Source: Patescibacteria group bacterium
Lineage (GTDB): Bacteria > Patescibacteriota > Minisyncoccia > Phycocordibacterales > UBA9973
Direction of reading: 5' to 3'
DNA length: 29,241 bases
Assembly (NCBI GenBank): GCA_030916575.1
Contig: JAUPWJ010000036.1
Coordinates: 1-29,241, forward strand
Below the pieces are notes generated by a model. The model was given only the letters and a program-made list of their open reading frames with translations, was not told the DNA's origin and searched no databases. Shown here piece after piece: positions 1 to 7,932 of this stretch. Within the stretch, counting starts at the first letter, position 1, and every line of letters begins with the position of its first letter. Both the position numbers and the translations under genes were made by a program.

Positions 1-2
1 CC

Positions 3-161
3 CACAACACCGATCCTTTATATATTTCTGAAGCAGAAGTAGCTAGAACTTTAATATCATTTGATTCAACAGAAATAGCTGATGTAATAGAAGATATTAT
101 AAGTGGATCTCAATGGCAAGCTAATCTTAAATTATTTAACGCAAAAACAACATCAGGATAA
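3..161 (+). other. Fragment of an unrelated ORF (HNTDPLYISEAEVARTLISFDSTEIADVIEDIISGSQWQANLKLFNAKTTSG*) fused to the broken end of murG; possibly phage-derived
   Basis: Frame +3 is open from position 3 to TAA at 159-161. MurG similarity on the minus strand stops at about 142. The phage-like assignment rests only on recall of similar-looking metagenomic phage proteins. Confidence 0.45.
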
Positions 162-445
162 ATAGAATACAATTTTACAATTGCTCGCAAAACCCCAAAA
201 CCCATTTTAAATAAATCAAAAAAATTTCTTATAGAAAAATAAGTGCGCATTTTCCCAGCATTTACTGCTTCATATATAAGTCCATTTTCAACTAAAACTT
301 CTTTATCATATGGGTCATTAGAAAAAAAGTAGAGCTTAGCTCCAATTATCTTTTCTTTATCAATTATTTGATTTACTTTTTCAACAACAGCTATTATTGG
401 GTAAAAATGACCCCCTGTACCCCCTCCTGTAAAAACTATTTTCAT
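110..445 (-). pseudogene. murG: MurG N-terminal part only (about 100 aa), truncated after PDVVF
   Basis: The N-terminus MKIVFTGGGTGGHFYP is the MurG signature, and the gene follows mraY-ftsW. The expected G-x-GGY motif after PDVVF is replaced by ALNNLRLACH*. Confidence 0.9.
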
Positions 446-457
446 ATTTTAATTAAA

Positions 458-1561
458 TTAATTTTTTTGAAATTTTGATATTTGTAACACAATACCTATA
501 GCCACAAGATAAATCATCAAAGATGTCCCACCGTGGCTCATAAATGGCAGTGGCACACCTGTTAATGGAAAGACTCCAATAACTGAAGCAATATGCATAA
601 AAGTCTGTGCTCCGATAAGTATAACAATTCCAGAGACCAAAAGTCTACTGAAAGAATCGGGCGACCTATTTGCAATCCGTAGTCCTCTGAATACAAACAT
701 AACATAAAGTAAAATGATAATTACAGAACCAAAAAAACCAAATTCTTCACCTATAACAGCAAATATGGAGTCTCCTTGAGCTTCAGGTAAATAACTAAAT
801 TTTTGTATACTTTGTCCATATCCCCTCCCCAATAACCCCCCAGAACCAACCGCAATATAAGACTGCCTAATTTGATAAGAAGAGCCTTGAGTATCTTGAT
901 TTGAATCAATAAATGTATTTACTCGCTCTTGTAAATACGGAGTAAAGTAAATCAGTGTTCCAAATAGTAAGGCCGAACCAAACAAAAGCCCTAAGATATA
1001 TTTCATAGGTATATCGGAAATAAAAAGCATCATGATTCCAGTAAAAATTATTAATATCAGACTCTTGTGGTCTGGTTGTTTTAATAAAATAAGAGCAATA
1101 GCAGACAGCATACCGACAAATGGCAAAATAACATATTTAAAATTTTGTTTTTTATTTTTAACCCAAGAAAGCCATGCAGAAAAATATATTATAAAACCAA
1201 ATTTAAGTATCTCGACTGGCTGTAATGTAAAAGGACCTATTTTTATCCAGCGCTCTGCCCCACCGTGCCCCCAACCGAGCCCAGGAATAAATACTGTGGC
1301 AGTTAAAAGTAAAGAACCTAAAAAGATAAAAAAAGCGTATTTACGCCAAAATTTATAATCTATTTTTAAAGCAAAATACATACCAACTAATCCTAGTCCC
1401 AATCCTAGAATTAACTGACTTTTTAAAATAGAGTAAAACAGTTCTTTATTTTTAACTAAAATACCGAGTGAGGCAGAGATAAACATACCGAGACCAACAA
1501 TAAGTAAAATAACTAAAGTTACTAGAAAAAATTTATCAACCTTTTTTCCATTATTACTCAT
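458..1561 (-). CDS. ftsW: SEDS-family peptidoglycan polymerase FtsW; likely start MSNNGKK at 1561, overlapping the mraY stop (TAATG)
   Basis: Motifs GAERWIKIG, LQPVEILK, LKQPD, DSIFAVIGEEFG and GVPLPFMSHGGTS. Located between mraY and murG. Confidence 0.93.
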   Translation of the reverse strand: MSNNGKKVDKFFLVTLVILLIVGLGMFISASLGILVKNKELFYSILKSQLILGLGLGLVGMYFALKIDYKFWRKYAFFIFLGSLLLTATVFIPGLGWGHGGAERWIKIGPFTLQPVEILKFGFIIYFSAWLSWVKNKKQNFKYVILPFVGMLSAIALILLKQPDHKSLILIIFTGIMMLFISDIPMKYILGLLFGSALLFGTLIYFTPYLQERVNTFIDSNQDTQGSSYQIRQSYIAVGSGGLLGRGYGQSIQKFSYLPEAQGDSIFAVIGEEFGFFGSVIIILLYVMFVFRGLRIANRSPDSFSRLLVSGIVILIGAQTFMHIASVIGVFPLTGVPLPFMSHGGTSLMIYLVAIGIVLQISKFQKN

Positions 1562-2613
1562 TAGCTTATGGAGGCCACAATTATTCCGATAATAGAAAAT
1601 ATGACGGAGAAAATCCAAAAACGCATTGTGACTTTGTGGCTTGGCCAGCCAAGTGCTTCAAAATGGTGATGTATGGGTGCAAGTCTAAAAATTCTTTTTC
1701 CTCCTCTTAACTTTTTTGAAATACTTTGTAATATCACAGATCCTGATGTTACCACAAGAGCCATAGCTATAATTGGTAAAATAAAAACTGTATTAGTCAA
1801 AAATGCAATTGTGGCTAGTGTGATAGTGAGTCCCATAATACCCGTCTCCCCCATATAAAACCTTGCCGGAGGAATGTTAAACCATAAAAATGCTAATATT
1901 CCTCCAGTAATAGCTCCACAAAGAGCGGCAATATCTACTTGGTTATTGATAAATGCTATGGCTCCATATGCTCCAAATATGGAAGCTAATACTCCACCCG
2001 AGAGACCATCTATGCCATCTATGACTCCACCTGAAAAAGTAGCTAAGGATACAAGTAAGAAAAAAGGTATTATTAAATAACCTAAGTATAAATCACCTCC
2101 AAAAGGAATATGGATTGAAGTCATGCCCAATTTATAATAAAACCAAATTCCAATTAAAATAGATATAGCTGAAATAATAATTACTTTCCACTTTCTCCAA
2201 GCACTATCATCATGTGCAATTTTTCCTTTTCCGTAAATTTGAATCAAATCATCTACGAGCCCTATTAAAGAACCGATAATTAAAGTAAAAAAAGGAATAA
2301 GGGTTTGATTACGACTAAGAAAATTTACTTTCTCCGAAACTGGAGTTTGGAGAACAAGAGAAAGAATATAAAAAAGTAAAACTACAAACAAAACGGAGAA
2401 CCATATGATAACTCCTCCAATCCTTGGAGTGTTAAGTTCATCTGTTTCATTGTGTATTTTCTGAAAATCAGCGTGAATTACATTCTCATTGCGAGAAAAT
2501 CTCTTCCACATTTTGTATTTATAAAAAAAATGAGTCGCAAAAGGTGTCAAAAATAAACCCAAAAAGAAAGTGAGCGCAGTCGGTATAAATATTTTTACAA
2601 CATCACCTAGCAT
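1561..2613 (-). CDS. mraY: Phospho-N-acetylmuramoyl-pentapeptide transferase
   Basis: Motifs TPRIGG, IGLVDD, DGIDGL, FYMGETG and APIHHHFE; about 10 hydrophobic segments. Confidence 0.96.
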   Translation of the reverse strand: MLGDVVKIFIPTALTFFLGLFLTPFATHFFYKYKMWKRFSRNENVIHADFQKIHNETDELNTPRIGGVIIWFSVLFVVLLFYILSLVLQTPVSEKVNFLSRNQTLIPFFTLIIGSLIGLVDDLIQIYGKGKIAHDDSAWRKWKVIIISAISILIGIWFYYKLGMTSIHIPFGGDLYLGYLIIPFFLLVSLATFSGGVIDGIDGLSGGVLASIFGAYGAIAFINNQVDIAALCGAITGGILAFLWFNIPPARFYMGETGIMGLTITLATIAFLTNTVFILPIIAMALVVTSGSVILQSISKKLRGGKRIFRLAPIHHHFEALGWPSHKVTMRFWIFSVIFSIIGIIVASIS

Positions 2614-2649
2614 TAGTCTATTTTACTCTATTTTTTTACTTATTCCAAA

Positions 2650-3240
2650 CTAGTAAAAATCTGGAGAATATTCATTAAAATCCATGACTTCAGGATCAAA
2701 GACAAGCCAAGTACTTTTCGCAAAAGTTGGAACTGTAGCAAAGCTCTCCCCTTCATTTCTATCTAGATAATTAAAGACAATCATACCAGAATCTTGTACT
2801 TCTAGTGTTTGTGGAGTAATTCTATCTCCTAAGAAAAACGCCTTAGAGCCTGTGTAATAACCGAATGGAGAATACAATGCCACAGCGACATAATAAAATG
2901 TTCCGCTTCCACCATCATTTTGAGTTAACAGAAAGGCAATATCTTCATAACCATCGTTGTTCCAGTCATATTTAACATCATTACCGAAATACTTTGTTGT
3001 TATCATTGAAGCTGAGTTAGGTACTATGGGTACTACAGAGATTCCGTCCTTTAATTTTATTTCTTGCCCTTCAATAACATAAGCAGCATTTTTAAAATCA
3101 CCTAATGATGAATTATTATTTTCTTGTTTTGTTTCTACCTGTTTATTGTCTTTAGGTGATAAATTACTTAAGAAAATTACCAATCCAATAAAAACAATTA
3201 CAATTACAAAACTTAAATTTAAATTTACTTTTTTCTTCAT
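2650..3240 (-). CDS. Membrane-anchored hypothetical protein with an extracytoplasmic beta-rich domain (DWNNDGYEDIA...GGSGTFYY)
   Basis: N-terminal basic residues plus one TM helix. Start placed at 3240 because TGA-TATAAT lies 6 nt upstream of it. Confidence 0.8.
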   Translation of the reverse strand: MKKKVNLNLSFVIVIVFIGLVIFLSNLSPKDNKQVETKQENNNSSLGDFKNAAYVIEGQEIKLKDGISVVPIVPNSASMITTKYFGNDVKYDWNNDGYEDIAFLLTQNDGGSGTFYYVAVALYSPFGYYTGSKAFFLGDRITPQTLEVQDSGMIVFNYLDRNEGESFATVPTFAKSTWLVFDPEVMDFNEYSPDFY

Positions 3241-3264
3241 AAACATATTATATCATTTTAAAAC

Positions 3265-3297
3265 AAAAAATACCCAGACTTTCATCTGGGTATTTTT
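3265..3297 (-). terminator. Intrinsic terminator after the ECF/DUF5667 operon
   Basis: 13-bp perfect stem AAAAATACCCAGA/TCTGGGTATTTTT with a 6-nt loop; A/T tracts on both sides, so possibly bidirectional. Confidence 0.85.
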
Positions 3298-3306
3298 AAG
3301 GTTTAT

Positions 3307-4551
3307 TTAGTCATCTTCATCCTCATCATCTTCGTCGTCATCTCCTCCACCTTGCCCACTATTATCATCTTCTTCATCCTCATCTTCATCAATATCGTCT
3401 TCTTCGTCTTCCATATCATCGTCTAAATCCTCATCATCAAAGTCTTCTTCGTCTTCCATATCATCGCTAGAGTCTCCATTACAATCCTCTGCATCTCTCC
3501 ATTCACCCCTACAAAATACTTCACTATCATCTTCTTTTACATCTTGATTTGATATTGAATCATCTGATATTTTATTTTCTCCTCCTTTGTCATCATTTAT
3601 ATCATCGTCTAAGTCATCACTAGAGTCATCATCTTTATCATCACTAGACTTACCACTCTTATCATCCTTAAATTCTATTTTTATCTTATCACCACTAGCT
3701 GTTTCTATTCTTATTTTACCGTCTTCTTTCTTAAACTCTATATCAGCGTCATCCCCTAATAATACCAATAGACTTTTTAAAGCCTCTTCTATTTTCAAAG
3801 AACGCTCAGGATCATTATTATCCTTTAATAGATTTTCTATATCCGTAAGAGCTACACCTACATCATTACTTTCACCTTCTGAGAAGTGCACAGAACGAGT
3901 CTTATTTAAGAATGTTTTATCATCTGCGCCACTTGTTCTGTCTTCTATTTGGAAATTTATAAATGTACTTACCTTTATTTCATCTATGGAATATTTTTTT
4001 GCAATTTCTTTAATAAGTTCTTCTTTTGTTTTCAAAGTACTTATGTATCCGTATTTTTTATCATTGGCTTCAATTTTTACCAATGTCTCATTTGTAAAAA
4101 CATCTACTTCTATTTCTGTTACCAAGGTACCTGAAAGGTCAGCAACTAAAACTGCTGGTACACTCTTTTTGTCTGAAATATTTTTTATTTCAGAAATTCT
4201 CTCTTCTGCGAATTTTAATTTTAAATCAGATTTTTTATTTTCACTTGCAAGTGAAATCTTTACTTTCTCAACTGCCAAATCAACTGGAAAAAGAAAATCT
4301 CCTGGTAGAGAATCATTTGAAGCTGCTACGACCCCCCCACCTCCTAATATAATTATTACGGCTAAAACACCCACAATCATTTTCTTCATATCATATTTCA
4401 TATAATTTTTTAATATATTAATTAATAACGGTTTTTTTACTTGTTCATTTTGTGCGATTTTCACCATTGCCCCATGCCAAATAGCATCCTTATCACCTTC
4501 CGTAAGTTTTTTTGTTTTTATTTTTATTAATTTGTCTTCAAGATTATTCAT
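3307..4551 (-). CDS. DUF5667-like single-pass membrane protein with a long D/E-rich C-terminal tail; putative anti-sigma factor
   Basis: About 55-aa N-terminal segment, a TM (IVGVLAVIIILGGGGVVAA), the motif SLPGDFLFPVDLAVEKV...AEERISEI, and an acidic tail. Overlaps the ECF sigma stop by 8 bp. Confidence 0.75.
   Translation of the reverse strand: MNNLEDKLIKIKTKKLTEGDKDAIWHGAMVKIAQNEQVKKPLLINILKNYMKYDMKKMIVGVLAVIIILGGGGVVAASNDSLPGDFLFPVDLAVEKVKISLASENKKSDLKLKFAEERISEIKNISDKKSVPAVLVADLSGTLVTEIEVDVFTNETLVKIEANDKKYGYISTLKTKEELIKEIAKKYSIDEIKVSTFINFQIEDRTSGADDKTFLNKTRSVHFSEGESNDVGVALTDIENLLKDNNDPERSLKIEEALKSLLVLLGDDADIEFKKEDGKIRIETASGDKIKIEFKDDKSGKSSDDKDDDSSDDLDDDINDDKGGENKISDDSISNQDVKEDDSEVFCRGEWRDAEDCNGDSSDDMEDEEDFDDEDLDDDMEDEEDDIDEDEDEEDDNSGQGGGDDDEDDEDEDD
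3397..3466. repeat. 25-bp perfect direct repeat (3397-3421 and 3442-3466) encoding DDMEDEED in the acidic tail
   Basis: GTCTTCTTCGTCTTCCATATCATCG occurs twice, 45 nt apart. Confidence 0.9.
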
Positions 4552-5053
4552 AATTTAAAAACTTTCTTAACTTATTAATGGCTCTATGGTGAATCACTTT
4601 CGCATTGTTTTCACTTATACCCAATGAGAGGGCTATGTCTTCAAACTTTAAATCTTCAAAGTATCGAAGCTCTATGGTTATGCGTTCATTATCTTTTAGA
4701 GTTTGGATGTTTTGGAGAAGATTGCGATAATCTTCTTTCTCCCCGTCTTCACTTGGGATATCAAAGATTTCATCTAAGTCCACTTTATTCATACTCTTTG
4801 CTCGCGCCTTTATAAGTTGTCGGCGAGCGACCTTGAACAAAAAAGCATAAAAATGCACTTCACTTATATATTGAAACTTCGGCAAATATTTCCATAATGA
4901 GAAATAAATGTCTTGGCAAATATCTAAGGCTTCTCCTTTATCTTTTATTCTATAAAGAACAAACGAATACACACGATTTATTGTCAAATCATAAATCTCC
5001 TTAAAGGCAGTATTATCTCCTTGTGCTAACTCTATGCTTTTTTCTAAATTCAT
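4544..5053 (-). CDS. ECF-type RNA polymerase sigma factor
   Basis: Region 2 (AFKEIYD...DICQDIYFSLW...FYAFLFKVARR) and region 4 (IELRYFEDLKFEDIALSLGISENNAKVIHHRAINKLR); 169 aa. Confidence 0.93.
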   Translation of the reverse strand: MNLEKSIELAQGDNTAFKEIYDLTINRVYSFVLYRIKDKGEALDICQDIYFSLWKYLPKFQYISEVHFYAFLFKVARRQLIKARAKSMNKVDLDEIFDIPSEDGEKEDYRNLLQNIQTLKDNERITIELRYFEDLKFEDIALSLGISENNAKVIHHRAINKLRKFLNYE

Positions 5054-5100
5054 AATTAGACACTTATTATATGCCTAGACTTTAATAAAAGGTTACAAAA

Positions 5101-5838
5101 CTATTTTAGGCTTAAATTAACTATATTTTGAGTAGCATCTAGTGTATACGAGAAATTTTTCTTCTCTTGTATGTGCCCATCTTCGTAAGTGACAATTCCT
5201 GTATCTTCTGAGGTATTAATATCAGCGTATAAAACATACCAAGTGCCACCCAATACTGCTTTTATAGGTGAGAGTGTGGAGATATTCTTTTTCAAATACG
5301 CCTCTACATTTTCTATTTCAACTAAATCATCACAAGCTACATCTGACATGTCCAGACTATAAGTTATAGCTTCCGGATTTTTATATACATACACTCCATC
5401 TCCCCTGTCAGACATTTCTCCGAAACCAACATCGGCCGTGCCTTCACCAAAAATTATTTTTAATTCTTCTGTCGTATTCATGCCTTCAGCCATAGTATCC
5501 CACATTGCAGAAATACGTCTCCCCATAAGCATTTGGTCAAGTTTACTCACGCTACCAACAAATTTTCCAACCTTAAAGTCTTTTTCAGCTGGTAAAAATT
5601 TTAATTCTCCGTCTACTTTATCTCCGGCTAAGTTCATACGAAGAGTATATTTGCCGATTGGTCCATTTGGGGATATATCTTTTTTATAAAAACAAAGAGA
5701 AATTACATTTTTAGGTATTTCATCATCAGGAACTATAGGCTCATCTTTTGCTCTTTTACCTTGCAATAACAATAAAATAACTACTACAATTATTAGTAAA
5801 AATACATTTCGCACTATTTTCCCTTTTTGATTAAACAT
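5101..5838 (-). CDS. Membrane-anchored hypothetical protein with two extracytoplasmic domains
   Basis: N-terminal MFNQKG plus a hydrophobic helix; Cys pair C49/C169; C-terminal AVLGGTWYV...YEDGHI module. TGC-TATAAT lies 6 nt upstream. Confidence 0.8.
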   Translation of the reverse strand: MFNQKGKIVRNVFLLIIVVVILLLLQGKRAKDEPIVPDDEIPKNVISLCFYKKDISPNGPIGKYTLRMNLAGDKVDGELKFLPAEKDFKVGKFVGSVSKLDQMLMGRRISAMWDTMAEGMNTTEELKIIFGEGTADVGFGEMSDRGDGVYVYKNPEAITYSLDMSDVACDDLVEIENVEAYLKKNISTLSPIKAVLGGTWYVLYADINTSEDTGIVTYEDGHIQEKKNFSYTLDATQNIVNLSLK

Positions 5839-5866
5839 ATGCTAATTATAGCACTTTTTTAGGTTT

Positions 5867-6028
5867 TTATTTAAAGTCATTATGCAAACCATCAGTACAA
5901 TTACATTCTACGAGCTCATGATTGTGATTTGCACAATCCGGTGCCTGACAGACTCCAGGCAAAGGTGAGACTCCCTTGCAACCCCCTTTACATATATAAT
6001 GCTTTTCTTGTTTTGTTTCTTCATTCAT
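5867..6028 (-). CDS. 53-aa Cys/His-rich putative metal-binding microprotein, absent from the ORF track
   Basis: MNEETKQEKHYICKRGCKGVSPLPGVCQAPDCANHNHELVECNCTDGLHNDFK* has 6 Cys and 4 His. TGG-TATAAT lies 6 nt upstream of the ATG. Confidence 0.85.
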   Translation of the reverse strand: MNEETKQEKHYICKGGCKGVSPLPGVCQAPDCANHNHELVECNCTDGLHNDFK

Positions 6029-6074
6029 ACATAAATTATACCAAATTCCTTTATTTTTAAATACAGTTTTAAAA

Positions 6075-6103
6075 TTGACACATAGTGATATAGGTGGTAA
6101 TAT
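6075..6103 (+). promoter_or_regulatory. Sigma70-type promoter
   Basis: TTGACA (6075-6080), N17, then TG-extended TAATAT (6098-6103). Confidence 0.75.
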
Positions 6104-6175
6104 AATTACGAATTAAGTTCCGACTTAGACGTATTGGTGTCGTAAACCAAATTTTTCTTTGTAAATTTCATAATC

Positions 6176-6637
6176 ATGGAAATATTCCTATTAGTATATC
6201 CAAAATACAATACCGAAACTTGTAATTTAACTCTACAAGGGAAAAGAGATGCTAAAAAATTCTTTAACATCGTAGATCCCCTGATACCTGCTCAAGATAA
6301 GATAAATGTCTTACACTGTTCTGTGAGGCATATAGAAGAAATAGCGAGAATGATTAACTACAACCTAGGTGAGGGAGAAAAAGATGGAGATCCTTTAAAT
6401 CTCGACAAGTTTTCGGAGAAAGACATAATGTACCTTGAAGTCAAAAACGTTCAAAGTGCTATTTTAGTATGTCACCAACCCATACCCTACCTAGAGAGGT
6501 TAATGGAGAAAGAACCGGAAGTGGTTAAGAACCTTTTTCCACTTAATGGTGGTTATGCGCTTCACTTAAAAGTAAGTAGTGGTTCTTATGCAACTAGTAT
6601 AAAAACTACTACGAGAAATAAGATACATTTGAACTAA
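6176..6637 (+). CDS. Orphan protein resembling a degenerate SixA-like histidine phosphatase
   Basis: The pattern IFLLVYP..LTLQG..VLHCSVRH..AILVCHQP follows the SixA order of RHG / LT..G / SP..RA / H-x-P motifs but lacks the RHG. Alignment was done by eye. Confidence 0.55.
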   Translation: MEIFLLVYPKYNTETCNLTLQGKRDAKKFFNIVDPLIPAQDKINVLHCSVRHIEEIARMINYNLGEGEKDGDPLNLDKFSEKDIMYLEVKNVQSAILVCHQPIPYLERLMEKEPEVVKNLFPLNGGYALHLKVSSGSYATSIKTTTRNKIHLN

Positions 6638-6641
6638 TAAT

Positions 6642-6680
6642 ACCCTAAGCACAGAACAACGTGCTTAGGGTTATTTTTTT
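6642..6680 (+). terminator. Intrinsic terminator between convergent genes
   Basis: 11-bp stem ACCCTAAGCAC/GTGCTTAGGGT, loop AGAACAAC, T-tract at 6674-6680. Confidence 0.88.
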
Positions 6681-7680
6681 AATTTATTTCAATATCTATA
6701 TAAGCCACTTGAGGGAATTTCTCAAGAATATTTTTCTCAACCATATTGATATGATTTCCAACAAGACGAGGAATACGGTCTGTTGTCTTAAACATCAACT
6801 TGGCAAACTTTTTAAAATCATCTTTTATATCATCAAATTCTTCTTTCAAATCCCCTGCTTCATATATTTCTTGATATAATGGTGAGCCATTCCACTCTAC
6901 AGTAGAAAAAATTCTATATTTACCAATATCAACTGCCACAGATTTAAACTCTACAACATGCTCTATACATGGATCTCTTAACAATTCTTCTATTATTTCT
7001 TCTGTCACAAGAGCACTTAATGGTTTACCTATAATATATCCGTGATTTTTAATAATTAAAATAACTGCCAAAAAGCCCAAAACTAATCCAATTGCTATTC
7101 CACCAAGTGCATCATAGGTCATGTCTCCTGTAATATAAGTGGCCCATTGTGCAATAAGAGCAAGTAATACACCTAAAACTGCGGCACCGTCTTCGTATAT
7201 AATTGCAAGCAAGATTGGATCTGCATCTTTAAAAATTTGTTTCGAAATAGCTCTACCATTTTTTAACTCTTTCAAAGCAAGCCATAAAGTTATCCCTTCG
7301 ACTACTAATGCTATTAAAAGAATAAAAACACTAAATATATTAAATGAATGAATTTCAGAACTTCTATGCAAAAGAGAATCTATGGAATGATAAATAGTAA
7401 TACCTGCACCGATAAATAAAATTCCACATGCTGAAATTAAAGACCAAAAAAATCTTTCAATACCATAACCATATCCCCGCCTTGTATCTGCGGGTTTTTT
7501 AGAACGCTTAAGACCTATTAAGAGTAAAGATTGATTTAAAGTATCAGCAAAACTATGCACGCTTTCTGCAAACATACTCGTAGAGCCCGTCACGAAAAAG
7601 ACAATAGTTTTTATTATTGTCACAAAAGTATTACCGAGGAGTGCGGCTATTACAGACTTTTTTCCTTGAACATATGCCAT
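6679..7680 (-). CDS. Cation diffusion facilitator, ZnT9/SLC30A9-like
   Basis: TGSTSMFAESVHSFADTLNQ (HxxxD), GYGYGIER, YEDGAA; six TM segments plus a cytoplasmic C-terminal domain. Confidence 0.9.
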   Translation of the reverse strand: MAYVQGKKSVIAALLGNTFVTIIKTIVFFVTGSTSMFAESVHSFADTLNQSLLLIGLKRSKKPADTRRGYGYGIERFFWSLISACGILFIGAGITIYHSIDSLLHRSSEIHSFNIFSVFILLIALVVEGITLWLALKELKNGRAISKQIFKDADPILLAIIYEDGAAVLGVLLALIAQWATYITGDMTYDALGGIAIGLVLGFLAVILIIKNHGYIIGKPLSALVTEEIIEELLRDPCIEHVVEFKSVAVDIGKYRIFSTVEWNGSPLYQEIYEAGDLKEEFDDIKDDFKKFAKLMFKTTDRIPRLVGNHINMVEKNILEKFPQVAYIDIEIN

Positions 7681-7701
7681 GAGTATTTATTATATCATTA
7701 T

Positions 7702-7926
7702 CTATTCTTCATCTCTTCTTCTATAAGCATCATTTTTCTCTTTTCTTTCCTTGTCTTCTTTTTTATTATCTCTCATTTTTTCTCTGTGTTCATCTCTACT
7801 TTTCAATAATAAATCTCTAGCCTCTTTTCTTTCTTCTTCTCTTCTTGCTTCCATTCTAATTAAGGCATCTTTTTCCAACTTTCTTTTCTCTTCTTCTTTT
7901 TCGTAATTCTCTTCGTAAAGTGTCAT
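7702..7926 (-). CDS. Small, highly charged coiled-coil hypothetical protein (74 aa)
   Basis: E/K/R/D-rich helical sequence, co-directional with and 6 nt after the ABC permease. Confidence 0.65.
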   Translation of the reverse strand: MTLYEENYEKEEEKRKLEKDALIRMEARREEERKEARDLLLKSRDEHREKMRDNKKEDKERKEKNDAYRRRDEE

Positions 7927-7932
7927 AAAATT

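Noticed and set aside
1-142. Intron or intein interrupting murG
   Set aside because: The foreign ORF is on the opposite strand, the murG frame closes with a stop, and no splice or intein motifs are seen.
3307-3700. CRISPR-like or satellite array in the TCATCTTC-rich tract
   Set aside because: The repeats are codon-level (Asp/Glu) within one open frame; there are no constant-length repeat-spacer units and no cas genes.
3587-4405. 272-aa Ser-rich ORF on the + strand
   Set aside because: Antisense shadow of the acidic DUF5667-like gene; its composition follows from the GAT/GAA codon bias on the other strand.
5072-5097. TGTAACCTTTT...GTCTA upstream of the ECF sigma as an autoregulatory ECF promoter
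   Set aside because: Only 11 nt separate TGTAAC and GTCTA, against about 16 in typical ECF promoters, and a sigma70-type TATAAT is present at 5066-5071. Not supportable without TSS data.
5821-5838. Type IV pilin-like leader MFNQKG
   Set aside because: The +1 residue is Lys and +5 is Asn rather than Phe/Glu, and no pilus genes are nearby; too weak to call.
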